A DNA stretch of 63,970 nt, filler included, from Candidatus Woesearchaeota archaeon (lineage in GTDB: Archaea > Nanobdellota > Nanobdellia > Woesearchaeales > CG1-02-33-12), in assembly GCA_018399355.1 (NCBI GenBank). It is 9 parts of 9 records of this genome, joined end to end, with 100 filler letters (N's around TTAATTAATTAA, not from the genome) between each part and the next. Parts side by side here need not be neighbours in the genome. Positions count along the whole stretch, not along the records: positions 17,204 to 25,179 come from JAGYOA010000041.1; positions 25,280 to 33,049 come from JAGYOA010000042.1; 7 more parts are not named here. The stretch is one strand, 5' to 3'. Positions 19,837 to 29,013 of this stretch are shown here, piece by piece. Made by a program: the position numbers and the translations under genes. The notes beneath the pieces are model-generated. The model ran no database searches. It was given only the letters and a program-made list of their open reading frames with translations, and was not told where the DNA came from. Position 1 is the stretch's first letter, and each line of letters opens with the position of its first letter.

Positions 19837-20010
19837 TTATGCCTTTGTCTTTGTTCTTCTCCAAGAGCGCTTAATCTCAGTATGCCTTCCTGGATGGACT
19901 TTTCTTCCTTTTCCATAAACCTTCATAACAGTCCAAAAAGGAGCCCACCTAGTTTGCTTATTGAGTTTAGCTAATCTTAGCTTTCTGCTTAAATGCTTGT
20001 ATCTTGCCAT
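19837..20010 (-). CDS. rpl39e: 50S ribosomal protein L39e (57 aa, not in ORF track)
   Basis: MARYKHLSRKLRLAKLNKQTRWAPFWTVMKVYGKGRKVHPGRHTEIKRSWRRTKTKA; conserved position between PDCD5 and L31e. Confidence 0.92.
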   Translation of the reverse strand: MARYKHLSRKLRLAKLNKQTRWAPFWTVMKVYGKGRKVHPGRHTEIKRSWRRTKTKA

Positions 20011-20011
20011 T

Positions 20012-20329
20012 TTATTTCCTTATAATCTTGAATTTGTCTTTTTTTGGTTGTATTCTCTTAAGCAGGTTTTTCAGTGCCTCATCATCAACTTGTTTTATTC
20101 TTCCTGTGCTTATTGCCTGCCCTAAAAATGTAATGAGCTGAATTGCAAGCTCTGGATGGGCTGTTTTTATGTTTCCATACCTTTCGAGCGCTTTTTTGCT
20201 GAATGAATTTTTTACCATTGATTCCAGCTGAGCAATTTGTTGCTGGAATTGATAGTTCTCAGAGCTGTTTTGCTGTTGTTTTTTAAGTTCTTCAAGTTTT
20301 TTTCTTTTTATCTCATCAATATCATTCAT
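20012..20329 (-). CDS. PDCD5-like DNA-binding protein
   Basis: IDEIKRKKLEEL...ALERYGNIKTAHPELA...VDDEALKNLL; canonical S19e-PDCD5-L39e-L31e order. Confidence 0.9.
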   Translation of the reverse strand: MNDIDEIKRKKLEELKKQQQNSSENYQFQQQIAQLESMVKNSFSKKALERYGNIKTAHPELAIQLITFLGQAISTGRIKQVDDEALKNLLKRIQPKKDKFKIIRK

Positions 20330-20916
20330 TTTTGATTTGATTTATCATCAATTTTATCTTCCTTTGATGTTTTTTCAGCTTTTTTATCGTTATCCTGCTC
20401 GCTTTTTTTCTTATCAACAGTTTCAGCTTGCTTTATTTCTTTTTCTTTTTTTATCTCTGGTTGTTTTTCTGCCTTTTCAGGTTTTTTACCTGTGATTTTA
20501 GCTGCAACTTTATCAATAAGAGATGCTCCTTTTGGAGATATCATTCTTCCTTTGTGAATGCCTTTTTCTTGTTTTTTTACAAGCTCTGCCTGCTCAAGCT
20601 GCTGAAAGATTTTTCTTATTATGTTTCCTGAAGCGCGGTAAAACTTTTCTGGTCTCATTCCCCTGTTCTTTTTACCACCATATTTCACCCTTAGCTTTGA
20701 TACGCCGATTGGGCCGTTTTTATATGTTGCCCTTAATATGGATGCTGCTCTTATATACCACCAGTCATCTCTTGTTGGAGGTCTCTCTTTATGAGCGCCT
20801 GTTTTAACAAATTCTGTCCATAGGGGTGGCTTTATAAAATCAATTTTTTTCAGTTCTAAGGCAATTTCCTCTATTAAATCATTTTGAGGAACATTATAAA
20901 CGTTTTTCATAAGCAT
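20326..20916 (-). CDS. rps19e: 30S ribosomal protein S19e with charged C-terminal extension
   Basis: FVKTGAHKERPP..DWWYIRAASILR..GPIGVSKLR..YGG. Confidence 0.95.
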   Translation of the reverse strand: MLMKNVYNVPQNDLIEEIALELKKIDFIKPPLWTEFVKTGAHKERPPTRDDWWYIRAASILRATYKNGPIGVSKLRVKYGGKKNRGMRPEKFYRASGNIIRKIFQQLEQAELVKKQEKGIHKGRMISPKGASLIDKVAAKITGKKPEKAEKQPEIKKEKEIKQAETVDKKKSEQDNDKKAEKTSKEDKIDDKSNQK

Positions 20917-21156
20917 ACCTCCATTCTTTTACCTTTCTAAGCTAAAATAAAGGCTTAAAAGCTCTTAAAAGTTTTTTTAAATGATTTAGTTTAAAAAAGA
21001 ACTTTTAAACCTGTTAAATAAGCTTTATTTAATCTTAATATATGAAATACAGGGAAAAAACAGTTATTTAAAAAGCTTTTTATTTACAGCCTTATAATTT
21101 GGTTATTTGATTTTTTTAAGAAGGTTAAAATTATTAAAAATAAATTAAAAAAATCC

Positions 21157-21822
21157 TTATTTTAAATCATCTATATTGATTATTGGCTTTTCTAGTTTAA
21201 TTGAATCGTCTATTGCTATCCTTGGACAGGCAGTATTTACAAAACACTCAATAAAAGGAAAGTTTTCAAGCTGGCTGAAATCAATTGTATCAAATAATAA
21301 AAAGTAAAAATTCTTTTCTTTAAACCTTTTTTTCAGTTTAAATGCTTTATCAAGGTTTTTTTGAGCGGGTTTGGTTGTTAATATAACTCCTATTTCATCT
21401 GAATTAAAGAACCTAATTAATGCACCCTTGTTTTTTTTGTTAATTTTCTCAGCCTCTCTAAAATCAAATTTTTTCAGATTATTTGCAATTGGATTAAACA
21501 TAAAAACATCTTTTTTTGTTTCCAGAGAAATTGCCAGGGGATGAAAACTACCTGTTCCAATATAAAGAAATGCATCAACCTTTTTTTTAATTGATGACGC
21601 TGATAATACATCACATCCAAGCACCTGACCATGATAAACAGTATGAAATCCATTTCCTAAAAAAACAACTTTATCTTTTTCTTCAAGAGCTTTTTTTATT
21701 TCACTTAAATGGCCTATGAACTGGACTGTTGCAACTAATCCTATCTTGTTAGGCAATTTAAAAATCTTGTTTCCAATATTAATGGGTTTTTTGTATATTG
21801 CTTCAATAAAAAAAGTTTTCAT
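21157..21822 (-). CDS. dph2: Diphthamide biosynthesis Dph2-like protein, short form lacking the N-terminal domain
   Basis: GLVATVQF, GQVLGCD, YIGTGSFHPL, FVNTACPRIAIDD. Confidence 0.85.
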   Translation of the reverse strand: MKTFFIEAIYKKPINIGNKIFKLPNKIGLVATVQFIGHLSEIKKALEEKDKVVFLGNGFHTVYHGQVLGCDVLSASSIKKKVDAFLYIGTGSFHPLAISLETKKDVFMFNPIANNLKKFDFREAEKINKKNKGALIRFFNSDEIGVILTTKPAQKNLDKAFKLKKRFKEKNFYFLLFDTIDFSQLENFPFIECFVNTACPRIAIDDSIKLEKPIINIDDLK

Positions 21823-21857
21823 ATAAAAATAAATAATATGCTTGTTTTTAAATTATT

Positions 21858-22706
21858 CTATTTCAGTATGTCATAGAAAGAGTCAAATATAGGCTTGTCT
21901 GTAGTAACCAGGTGGAATTCAACTCCTAGTTCATCGCAAATCTTTGCTATTTTGGATATATGTTGCTCAAGCTTTCTTTTATAATCTGTTTTAAATCTTG
22001 GCGTTACATATGTTCTCATCATCTCTTTTGTTTCAGAATCCTTGAGTTTAAAATCTCCTTTCAATGACAAATCTCTCTCAACAGGGTCCATAACCATTAT
22101 TACCTTCATATCGTGTTCGCCAAGCATAAAAAGGGAATTTTCTATATCCTCAATATTAAATAAAAAATCTGATATTATAACTACCAAAGATTTAGAGTCA
22201 ATAATCTTCTTATACTTTGTTATTGCATCGCTGAAGTTGGAAATTCCGCTTAACTTTATATTGTTCAGATGATCAATCATATTTGCCAGATGCTTCATTC
22301 CTCTCCATGACTTAAATGTTTCAAGGTCTTCAGCAAATGTTGAAAACTGAAATCTTTCATTTTCCTTCATGCAGATAAAAGCCATTCCAACCCCAAGCAT
22401 AGAGGCATAATCAAATTTAGTTGTTGTTTTTCCATAATTCATGCTTGCGCTGTGGTCAACGATTATATGTGTGGTAAGGCTTTTGTCTTCTTCATATCTT
22501 TTTATGTAAAGGTCGTCAGTTCTTGCGAATATCCTCCAGTCAATTGACCTGAAATCATCTCCAGGAGTATAAATACGGTGATCTTTTATGTTCATACCTC
22601 TTCCGCGCATCACAGAGCGTCTAGCTCCAGTATAACTTGAGGTAACTCTTTTTCTAATGACTAAGTTAAATCTGGAAAGCTGAGACAAAAACTCGCTTGT
22701 TATCAT
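21858..22706 (-). CDS. DUF58 family vWA-like protein
   Basis: HRIYTPGDDFRSIDWRIFART, DHSASM, VIISDF. Confidence 0.92.
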   Translation of the reverse strand: MITSEFLSQLSRFNLVIRKRVTSSYTGARRSVMRGRGMNIKDHRIYTPGDDFRSIDWRIFARTDDLYIKRYEEDKSLTTHIIVDHSASMNYGKTTTKFDYASMLGVGMAFICMKENERFQFSTFAEDLETFKSWRGMKHLANMIDHLNNIKLSGISNFSDAITKYKKIIDSKSLVVIISDFLFNIEDIENSLFMLGEHDMKVIMVMDPVERDLSLKGDFKLKDSETKEMMRTYVTPRFKTDYKRKLEQHISKIAKICDELGVEFHLVTTDKPIFDSFYDILK

Positions 22707-23635
22707 TTTACCTTGTTGAGAATTTCCTTTATTGCATCATCCGTCTTCATTCCTTTTCTCTCTGCTTCAAAATTCAATATTATCCTGTGTCTTAATACAG
22801 GATAGGCCATTGTATCTATGTCTTCCCTGCTCACATATTTCCTTCCTTTTACAATGGCTCTTGCCTTTGATGCCAAAACAAGCCCTATTGATGCCCTTGG
22901 CGACGCCCCATATTCAATAAGGTTAGGATTCTTTCTTGTTTCTGAAACTATTTTAACTATTCTTCTTTTTAAATCATTTGCAATAGGAACCTGTCTTACA
23001 AGGGATTGCATTTTAATCAAATCAGATTTGTTGAAAATTGTTTTAACATTTTTCTCAGTATTCTGAAATGCATATTTGTCAACTATTTCTACCTCTTCAT
23101 CATAGCTGGGATAGCTTACATTAATCTTAAGCAAAAACCTATCTGACTGCGCTTCAGGCAAGGGATAAGTTCCTTCCTGTTCTATTGGATTTTGAGTTGC
23201 AAGGACAAAGAATGGCTTGTCAAGCTCAAAAGTCTTGTTGCCGACTGTAACCTGCTTCTCCTGCATGGCTTCCAATAATGCAGATTGTGTTTTTGGAGTT
23301 GCCCTGTTTATTTCATCCGCCAATACAATATTAGCGAATATTGGGCCTGGCTGAAACTTAAAGCTTCTTTTTCCAGAAACCTCTTCGATAATGTAAGTTC
23401 CTGTGATGTCAGACGGCATTAAATCTGGCGTATTCTGTATCCTACTGAACTTAAGGTCCATAAGGTCTGACATTGTTTTTATTGCCAGTGTTTTTGCAAG
23501 TCCTGGATATCCTTCCAATAATGCATTTGCATCGCAAAGTATTGTAATAAGAATCTGCTCAACAACTTCTTTCTGCCCGACAACAACCTTACCAACCTCT
23601 TTGTATAAATTGTCAAATGTTTCTTTTTTTATCAT
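22703..23635 (-). CDS. moxR: MoxR family AAA+ ATPase
   Basis: LEGYPGLAKT, RIQNTPDLMPSDITG, LADEINRA, ATQNPIEQEGTYPLPEAQ. Confidence 0.93.
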   Translation of the reverse strand: MIKKETFDNLYKEVGKVVVGQKEVVEQILITILCDANALLEGYPGLAKTLAIKTMSDLMDLKFSRIQNTPDLMPSDITGTYIIEEVSGKRSFKFQPGPIFANIVLADEINRATPKTQSALLEAMQEKQVTVGNKTFELDKPFFVLATQNPIEQEGTYPLPEAQSDRFLLKINVSYPSYDEEVEIVDKYAFQNTEKNVKTIFNKSDLIKMQSLVRQVPIANDLKRRIVKIVSETRKNPNLIEYGASPRASIGLVLASKARAIVKGRKYVSREDIDTMAYPVLRHRIILNFEAERKGMKTDDAIKEILNKVK

Positions 23636-23645
23636 TTTACACCTC

Positions 23646-24440
23646 TCATTCTTCAGCAAGCCTCAAAAAGTAATTTTTTACTATATCCTGCTTTTCTTTT
23701 TCTATATTTTCCTGGTAAACACCAGCTGATTCAATAAAAACTTCATCAGGAAAAAGCTGCTCAAAGTCCCTTTTTTCTTTTTCCTTGACACTGTCCAGCT
23801 TTATCTCATATCCTGAAGGCTTCAACACCATATCAATCTCTTCATCGCCCATCTCGGCAATGCTTGGATCTCCAAACATGCTTTCGCTTGCACCTGAGCC
23901 TGCAATTCTTTGGTGGCCTTGCTCTCCTCCCCCTCCTTCTTCATTGCCATCTCTTATGCTGTATATAAAATCAGAGGCTCTCTTTGCTGTATCTCTAAGA
24001 TTAAAGGATAAGTCAAATTGGGAACTAAAAACCAACAAAAAGCAAAGAACAATGCTAATTAATATTTTATAAGATATTTTTTTCTCATTCATAAAAGATG
24101 AAACATTAACATATCTCATATCATGCATAATATCTGATTTTAAGCTGTCAACAATTGGTGTCTCCATTCTGAGATTGTCTCTTGCTGTCCTTAATCTTTC
24201 ATTAAGAAAAGGATATTTTCTTTCAACTTCAAGCAGGTGTTTTTCACTTATTCCCTTTATTGAAAATATAAAAAAGTATAGCAATGCAGGAATCAAAGCA
24301 TATTCTTTATAAAAGTTAAATAATGATAAGATTATATAAACTGAAAGGAATATTAAAACAGATGTAAGAAATACATTAAACATTATTATATTGTTAAATG
24401 TAAAATTTATTTCCCTTAAAACTTTTGTGAATTTTTTCAT
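23646..24440 (-). CDS. Membrane protein of the MoxR/vWA operon
   Basis: Three TMs, VERKYPFLNERLRTARD, ends IVKNYF; co-oriented with moxR. Confidence 0.7.
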   Translation of the reverse strand: MKKFTKVLREINFTFNNIIMFNVFLTSVLIFLSVYIILSLFNFYKEYALIPALLYFFIFSIKGISEKHLLEVERKYPFLNERLRTARDNLRMETPIVDSLKSDIMHDMRYVNVSSFMNEKKISYKILISIVLCFLLVFSSQFDLSFNLRDTAKRASDFIYSIRDGNEEGGGGEQGHQRIAGSGASESMFGDPSIAEMGDEEIDMVLKPSGYEIKLDSVKEKEKRDFEQLFPDEVFIESAGVYQENIEKEKQDIVKNYFLRLAEE

Positions 24441-24468
24441 TTTGTACCTTTTGATAGATATTCTATTC

Positions 24469-24951
24469 TTAAGAAGTGCAATTGCATAATTGCAGTTCAC
24501 GTTCAAGATCTATTATTTCTTTATTTGCATCTTCAAGTTCATCTTGTGTTGATAATAAATCAGCTTGTGCTACAGCAAGTTTTGATTTTGTTGTGGCAAG
24601 CTCATCCTTTGTTTGTTTTAATTCAGCTGTTTTTGAATATAGCTGCTGCTCAAGCTTTACTTTTTCTGCTTGAACTTTATCTTTTTCTTGTTGTATATCT
24701 TTATATTGCGAGCTTAACTCTTCTTCCCTCTCCTCCTTTACCATAAGCTGGTAGCTTGTCTGGTTAAGCCTGTCCCTTTCGCTTACAAGTGTAGAGGAAA
24801 GCTCATTTAATGAATCTATCTTTTCTTTATAGTCAAGATAAAGGTCCTTGAATGTTATTTGGTAATAAATGCTTACTCCAACAAGGCATATAATACTGGC
24901 TACTAATAACAGAAAAAATCCAAAATTAACATTTCTTTTCATATATGCCAT
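24469..24951 (-). CDS. Membrane-anchored coiled-coil protein
   Basis: N-terminal TM followed by heptad-rich helix; GGTGA RBS. Confidence 0.7.
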   Translation of the reverse strand: MAYMKRNVNFGFFLLLVASIICLVGVSIYYQITFKDLYLDYKEKIDSLNELSSTLVSERDRLNQTSYQLMVKEEREEELSSQYKDIQQEKDKVQAEKVKLEQQLYSKTAELKQTKDELATTKSKLAVAQADLLSTQDELEDANKEIIDLERELQLCNCTS

Positions 24952-24976
24952 TATATCACCTGTTATTGATTATTAT

Positions 24977-25177
24977 TTATATAGATTTCCTATTTTCAGC
25001 AATCCTCCTTATGCAAACCTCTATTAAAAACAATAATAATGCGCAAAGCATGAAAATCCAGGAATAGCTTTTTTTATCAATCTTTTTCCTTCTTGAATTC
25101 TCCTTAATAAAATCAGCAATTGAAGAAGTGTTTTTTGCGTCGAAAATCTTTCCATTTGTAATACTAACCAGGTTAAA
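24977..25177 (-). CDS. C-terminal fragment of a probable vWA-associated membrane protein
   Basis: Open frame from contig end: FNLVSITNGKIFD...YSWIFMLCALLLFLIEVCIRRIAENRKSI*. Confidence 0.6.
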   Translation of the reverse strand, partial: FNLVSITNGKIFDAKNTSSIADFIKENSRRKKIDKKSYSWIFMLCALLLFLIEVCIRRIAENRKSI

Positions 25178-25179
25178 AA

Positions 25180-25279
25180 NNNNNNNNNNNNNNNNNNNNN
25201 NNNNNNNNNNNNNNNNNNNNNNNTTAATTAATTAANNNNNNNNNNNNNNNNNNNNNNNNNNNNNNNNNNNNNNNNNNNN
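25180..25279. other. Artificial contig linker
   Basis: N44-TTAATTAATTAA-N44. Confidence 0.98.
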
Positions 25280-25285
25280 GATTTC

Positions 25286-25909
25286 ATGCCTCACTACTAT
25301 TCAGAAAATCAAACAAGCCCATTAAGGCTTGATAAAATAAAATCAATTCTAAGAAATAAAGAATTTGAGTTTTACACTGGTTCAGGTGTTTTTTCAAAAA
25401 AAAAAGTTGATAAAGGAACAGAATTGTTGGTTAATAACTGCATTGTAAAGGATAACTGGAGGATTTTAGACCTCGGATGCGGCTACGGTGTTGTTGGTAT
25501 TGTTATTGGAAAAATATTTTCTTCAACAAAAATTTTAATGATTGATTTTAATAAAAGAGCTTTAAAGCTTACAAAGATGAATATTGATTTAAACAATATT
25601 AAAAATGCAGAAGTCAAGCAAAGCAATATTTACTCAAATGTTGATGAAAAGTTTAATACAATAATTGTTAACCCTCCTATAACAGCAGGAAGAAAGACAT
25701 GCTTTGATATAATTAATGGATCAAAAGAGCATCTTGAAAAAGAAGGAATCCTGCAGATCGTTGCAAAACACCGCAAGGGCGGAAAAGTATTGGGAGAGAA
25801 GATGCTTGATGTTTTTGGGAATATGGATGTTATTGCAAAAGGAGCAGGGTATAGGATTTATTCTTCTGTAAAAAATGAAAAAAACAAAACTGCAAAAGGC
25901 AATAGATGA
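25286..25909 (+). CDS. RsmC/MTS-family SAM methyltransferase
   Basis: HYYSE, GVFSKKKVDKGT, LDLGCGYG, NPPI. Confidence 0.9.
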   Translation: MPHYYSENQTSPLRLDKIKSILRNKEFEFYTGSGVFSKKKVDKGTELLVNNCIVKDNWRILDLGCGYGVVGIVIGKIFSSTKILMIDFNKRALKLTKMNIDLNNIKNAEVKQSNIYSNVDEKFNTIIVNPPITAGRKTCFDIINGSKEHLEKEGILQIVAKHRKGGKVLGEKMLDVFGNMDVIAKGAGYRIYSSVKNEKNKTAKGNR

Positions 25910-26258
25910 ACTGAAAAAAGAGGAACATTCAAAGGACAATAAAACTAAAGAAGCTAAAATTAGAAAAGAAAAGCCGCTTTATTATTACACCAAAAGAAAG
26001 AAACCCAAAAACTAATTTTAATGAAAATTTCTTTAATTAAACTATTTCTAAAAAATAATGAAAACCCTCCTTAAGTCTTTAAATATGTCATTAATAACAA
26101 TAATATTTAAATATAAGTGGTAACACTTACTTATTACTTAAGAGTAGTCTCTAAATGGATTTATTTCCATAACAGGCAAAACCAGAAATTTTTTACAGTA
26201 ATCCTTTGATTTTTATAGGGACTAAAAAATAAAAAAATAGATTGGGGGAATAAAAAAA

Positions 26259-26885
26259 ATGAAAAATAAGAAAATATTCGGAATACCATTCGTCCTATTT
26301 GTAGCAGGACTATTGGTAATAGGCGGAGCAACAGCTGTTGTTGTTAATTATTTAAGCAATACAGCAACAGCAGAAGTAACAGTTGAAAGTCCAATGACTA
26401 TTCAGTTTGCAGAAGTAGCACACGGAGATACTGTAGGAGATACAATCAATAATGTAGCAATTACAGAAACATGGTATAACAATATACAATTAGAATCTAC
26501 AACTGGATTAGGGACAAAGGAGCTTGGTTTAAAAATAGTGAATAATGCAGATTTTGATATAAAAGAAAAATGGTTAGAATTAATGCTTTCTAACAGCATT
26601 AACGATGTTAATTGTGATGACTTGTCAAGCATGACTTTTATAGATGTAGGCGCATCAGAAGGCACAGAGGAATACCATGTTATCCAAGAATTAATAGGAG
26701 CTGTTCCATGTAAGGAATTTGTTAATGGAAGTGTTGCATATTATGTGCCTATCGAAGATTTAGGAGCAGGACAAACATTCAAGTATCCTGTTACATTGAC
26801 ATTTGCTAATGTAGCACCAGCAGATTACTCAATTAATGCAGTGCTTTTGAATGAGCTACCATCATGGGTAGAACTCCCACAGTAA
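26259..26885 (+). CDS. Secreted hypothetical protein
   Basis: N-terminal signal-like segment followed by a beta-rich acidic domain; GGGG RBS; T-tract downstream. Confidence 0.7.
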   Translation: MKNKKIFGIPFVLFVAGLLVIGGATAVVVNYLSNTATAEVTVESPMTIQFAEVAHGDTVGDTINNVAITETWYNNIQLESTTGLGTKELGLKIVNNADFDIKEKWLELMLSNSINDVNCDDLSSMTFIDVGASEGTEEYHVIQELIGAVPCKEFVNGSVAYYVPIEDLGAGQTFKYPVTLTFANVAPADYSINAVLLNELPSWVELPQ

Positions 26886-26924
26886 TTTACACAATCAATT
26901 TTTTTATTTTATTTTTGGATTAAG

Positions 26925-27650
26925 ATGAAAAAAGCAACTTTAATCATGCTCATTGTAATTCTTTTGCCTAGTGTAAAGGCCATTTATGGTGGAGAAACAT
27001 TTACTTATCATTTTCCTTATTGTGATGAATTAAAGGTAAACATAACAGGCGAACTTCCAATAGATGAGGGAGAATACATAATACTAAACGACTGCACAGA
27101 AATAGAAAATAATTATTACATCTGCAATTGCAGTAATGATTACTATTTTAATGTTTCATTCAAAATCAACACACTAAATAACTACACCTTTGATTTTAAT
27201 TATGATTATTCAAAAGAAACTGAAACACAAACAAGAAGCAGAAGCAGCGGGTCATCTTCAAATCAATGGAAGTGTGGCAATTGGTCTGATTGCATAAACA
27301 ATGAGACAAAAAGGGTATGCCGGCTGAATAATGCAAATTACACGCAGTATAAAGGATGCACATCTCCTGAAGAAGAGAATGAAAAAGAAAGCAAAGGTAA
27401 CTCCAATTCTGGATCCAGGGAAGAACAGGAAAAGGAAATGCAAACTTCTCCTGAAATTACAACAAACCAAAACCAAAAAACACAGGATACAGAGGAGCAG
27501 GAACCACCAACTTCAATGCTAAACAGAATAACAGGAGCAGTAACCGGCGTTGATGGAGGAGCAATGAAAAATTCGGGTATTCTTATAATATTGTCTATAA
27601 TTTTTCTCAGCTTATTTTTATATATAAGAAAAAAGAAGCAATATTATTAG
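26925..27650 (+). CDS. Secreted, C-terminally anchored protein
   Basis: Signal peptide, WKCGNWSDC..KRVC module, S/E-rich linker, ITGAVTG motif, TM, basic tail. Confidence 0.7.
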   Translation: MKKATLIMLIVILLPSVKAIYGGETFTYHFPYCDELKVNITGELPIDEGEYIILNDCTEIENNYYICNCSNDYYFNVSFKINTLNNYTFDFNYDYSKETETQTRSRSSGSSSNQWKCGNWSDCINNETKRVCRLNNANYTQYKGCTSPEEENEKESKGNSNSGSREEQEKEMQTSPEITTNQNQKTQDTEEQEPPTSMLNRITGAVTGVDGGAMKNSGILIILSIIFLSLFLYIRKKKQYY

Positions 27651-27793
27651 TTTGTTTAGGTTGAAACAGGATAAATTGAAAATAGGATGATATTTTTTTA
27701 AGGTAATAAAAAGAAAGTTTTATAAAAATAAGAGTTATTGTTTTATTAGGGGGTATTAAGATTAAATACAATAAAAAGCAGACGATCTCTTCT

Positions 27794-28738
27794 TTGAATG
27801 ATGGTGACAAAGTTGATGATATCTTTGTTGTTAAGATAAAAAAAGCCATGTCATCTTATACAAAAGGATTCTTTTTCCAGCTTATCCTTTCAGATAACAG
27901 CGGCAAAACCCTTGATTACCGCTATTGGGGAAACAACGATGAAAAAAAAGTAAGGGAACTTTATAATTCAATAAAAAATGACTCTGTTGTCCATGTGCAG
28001 GGCAGGGTTTCTGTTTATGCAGGAAAACTTCAGCTCACAACCAACGAACCTTTTATAATAGAGCCGTTAAAAGAAGGTGAATATGACAAGTCAGATTTCA
28101 TAAAGCCTGCAAGAAAAGACTTAGATGAAATGTATTCTGGGCTTGATAAAGCAATTCTTGAAATAAAAGACGAAAAATTAAAAAAAATGCTTGAAAGCAT
28201 ATTTAACGAACCAGAAATAAAAATAAAATTCAAAGAACATCCTGGAGCAATTGAAATACACCATAACTGGATAGGGGGATTATTGGAGCATACTCTTGAG
28301 GTTTTAAGATACGCAATGCTAAGCTGCCAAACCTTTCCTGAGCTTAATAAAGACTTAGTTATAGCAGGAAGTCTTCTTCATGACATTGGAAAATTAGATG
28401 AACTTTCTGTTACATCAAGGATAAAGGGCTCAGATAAAGGACAGTTGATAGGGCATGTTGTTTTAAGCACCATCTTTGTTTCAAACAAAATGGATGAGTT
28501 TGATTTGGATGAGAACTTAAAAAATAAGCTTCTGCACATAATAATTAGCCATCATGGAAAGCTTGAGTACGGCTCTCCAAAAGAGCCGATGTTCCCAGAG
28601 GCAGTTGCTGTTTACTATGCAGATGACATGAGTTCAAGCATAGCAGAGATGCTGGAATTTGTGAAAAATTCAAAAGATGACACAGAAGACAGCTTTATGT
28701 ACAACAGAAGAAGCCAAAAAAACATTTACCTTGATTAA
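27794..28738 (+). CDS. YhaM-like 3'-5' exoribonuclease (OB-fold + HD); start possibly ATT at 27761
   Basis: LSDNSG OB fold; HHNWIGGLLEHT, LLHDIGK, GHVV, SHHG.LEYGSPKEPMFPEA. Confidence 0.88.
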   Translation: MNDGDKVDDIFVVKIKKAMSSYTKGFFFQLILSDNSGKTLDYRYWGNNDEKKVRELYNSIKNDSVVHVQGRVSVYAGKLQLTTNEPFIIEPLKEGEYDKSDFIKPARKDLDEMYSGLDKAILEIKDEKLKKMLESIFNEPEIKIKFKEHPGAIEIHHNWIGGLLEHTLEVLRYAMLSCQTFPELNKDLVIAGSLLHDIGKLDELSVTSRIKGSDKGQLIGHVVLSTIFVSNKMDEFDLDENLKNKLLHIIISHHGKLEYGSPKEPMFPEAVAVYYADDMSSSIAEMLEFVKNSKDDTEDSFMYNRRSQKNIYLD

Positions 28739-28739
28739 A

Positions 28740-28988
28740 ATGAACCATTACAAAAAAACAACAATAAAAGCACTCTTAGTGATGCTAGTCATATTTCTAT
28801 TTGTATTTTTTCTTGCCTATTACAATTTCAGCAAAGGAATACCAATCTTTGATATAGGAATGCCTGCACAGTCAGAAAACATAGTGGTGATGTTTTTTTC
28901 AGTTGCGGCCATCCTAAAAGTAATATATGATACATACAATATAGAAAATCATTTAAAATACGAAAAAAGAATTAAAGAAAACATTTAA
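28740..28988 (+). CDS. Small two-TM membrane protein
   Basis: ATG immediately after the upstream stop; two hydrophobic segments. Confidence 0.6.
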   Translation: MNHYKKTTIKALLVMLVIFLFVFFLAYYNFSKGIPIFDIGMPAQSENIVVMFFSVAAILKVIYDTYNIENHLKYEKRIKENI

Positions 28989-29013
28989 ATAAACAGAATT
29001 CGTTCTAGTTTTT

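Noticed and set aside
25875..26015. 46-aa Lys-rich ORF overlapping the methyltransferase 3' end
   Set aside because: Low complexity, no RBS or motif; cannot be supported.
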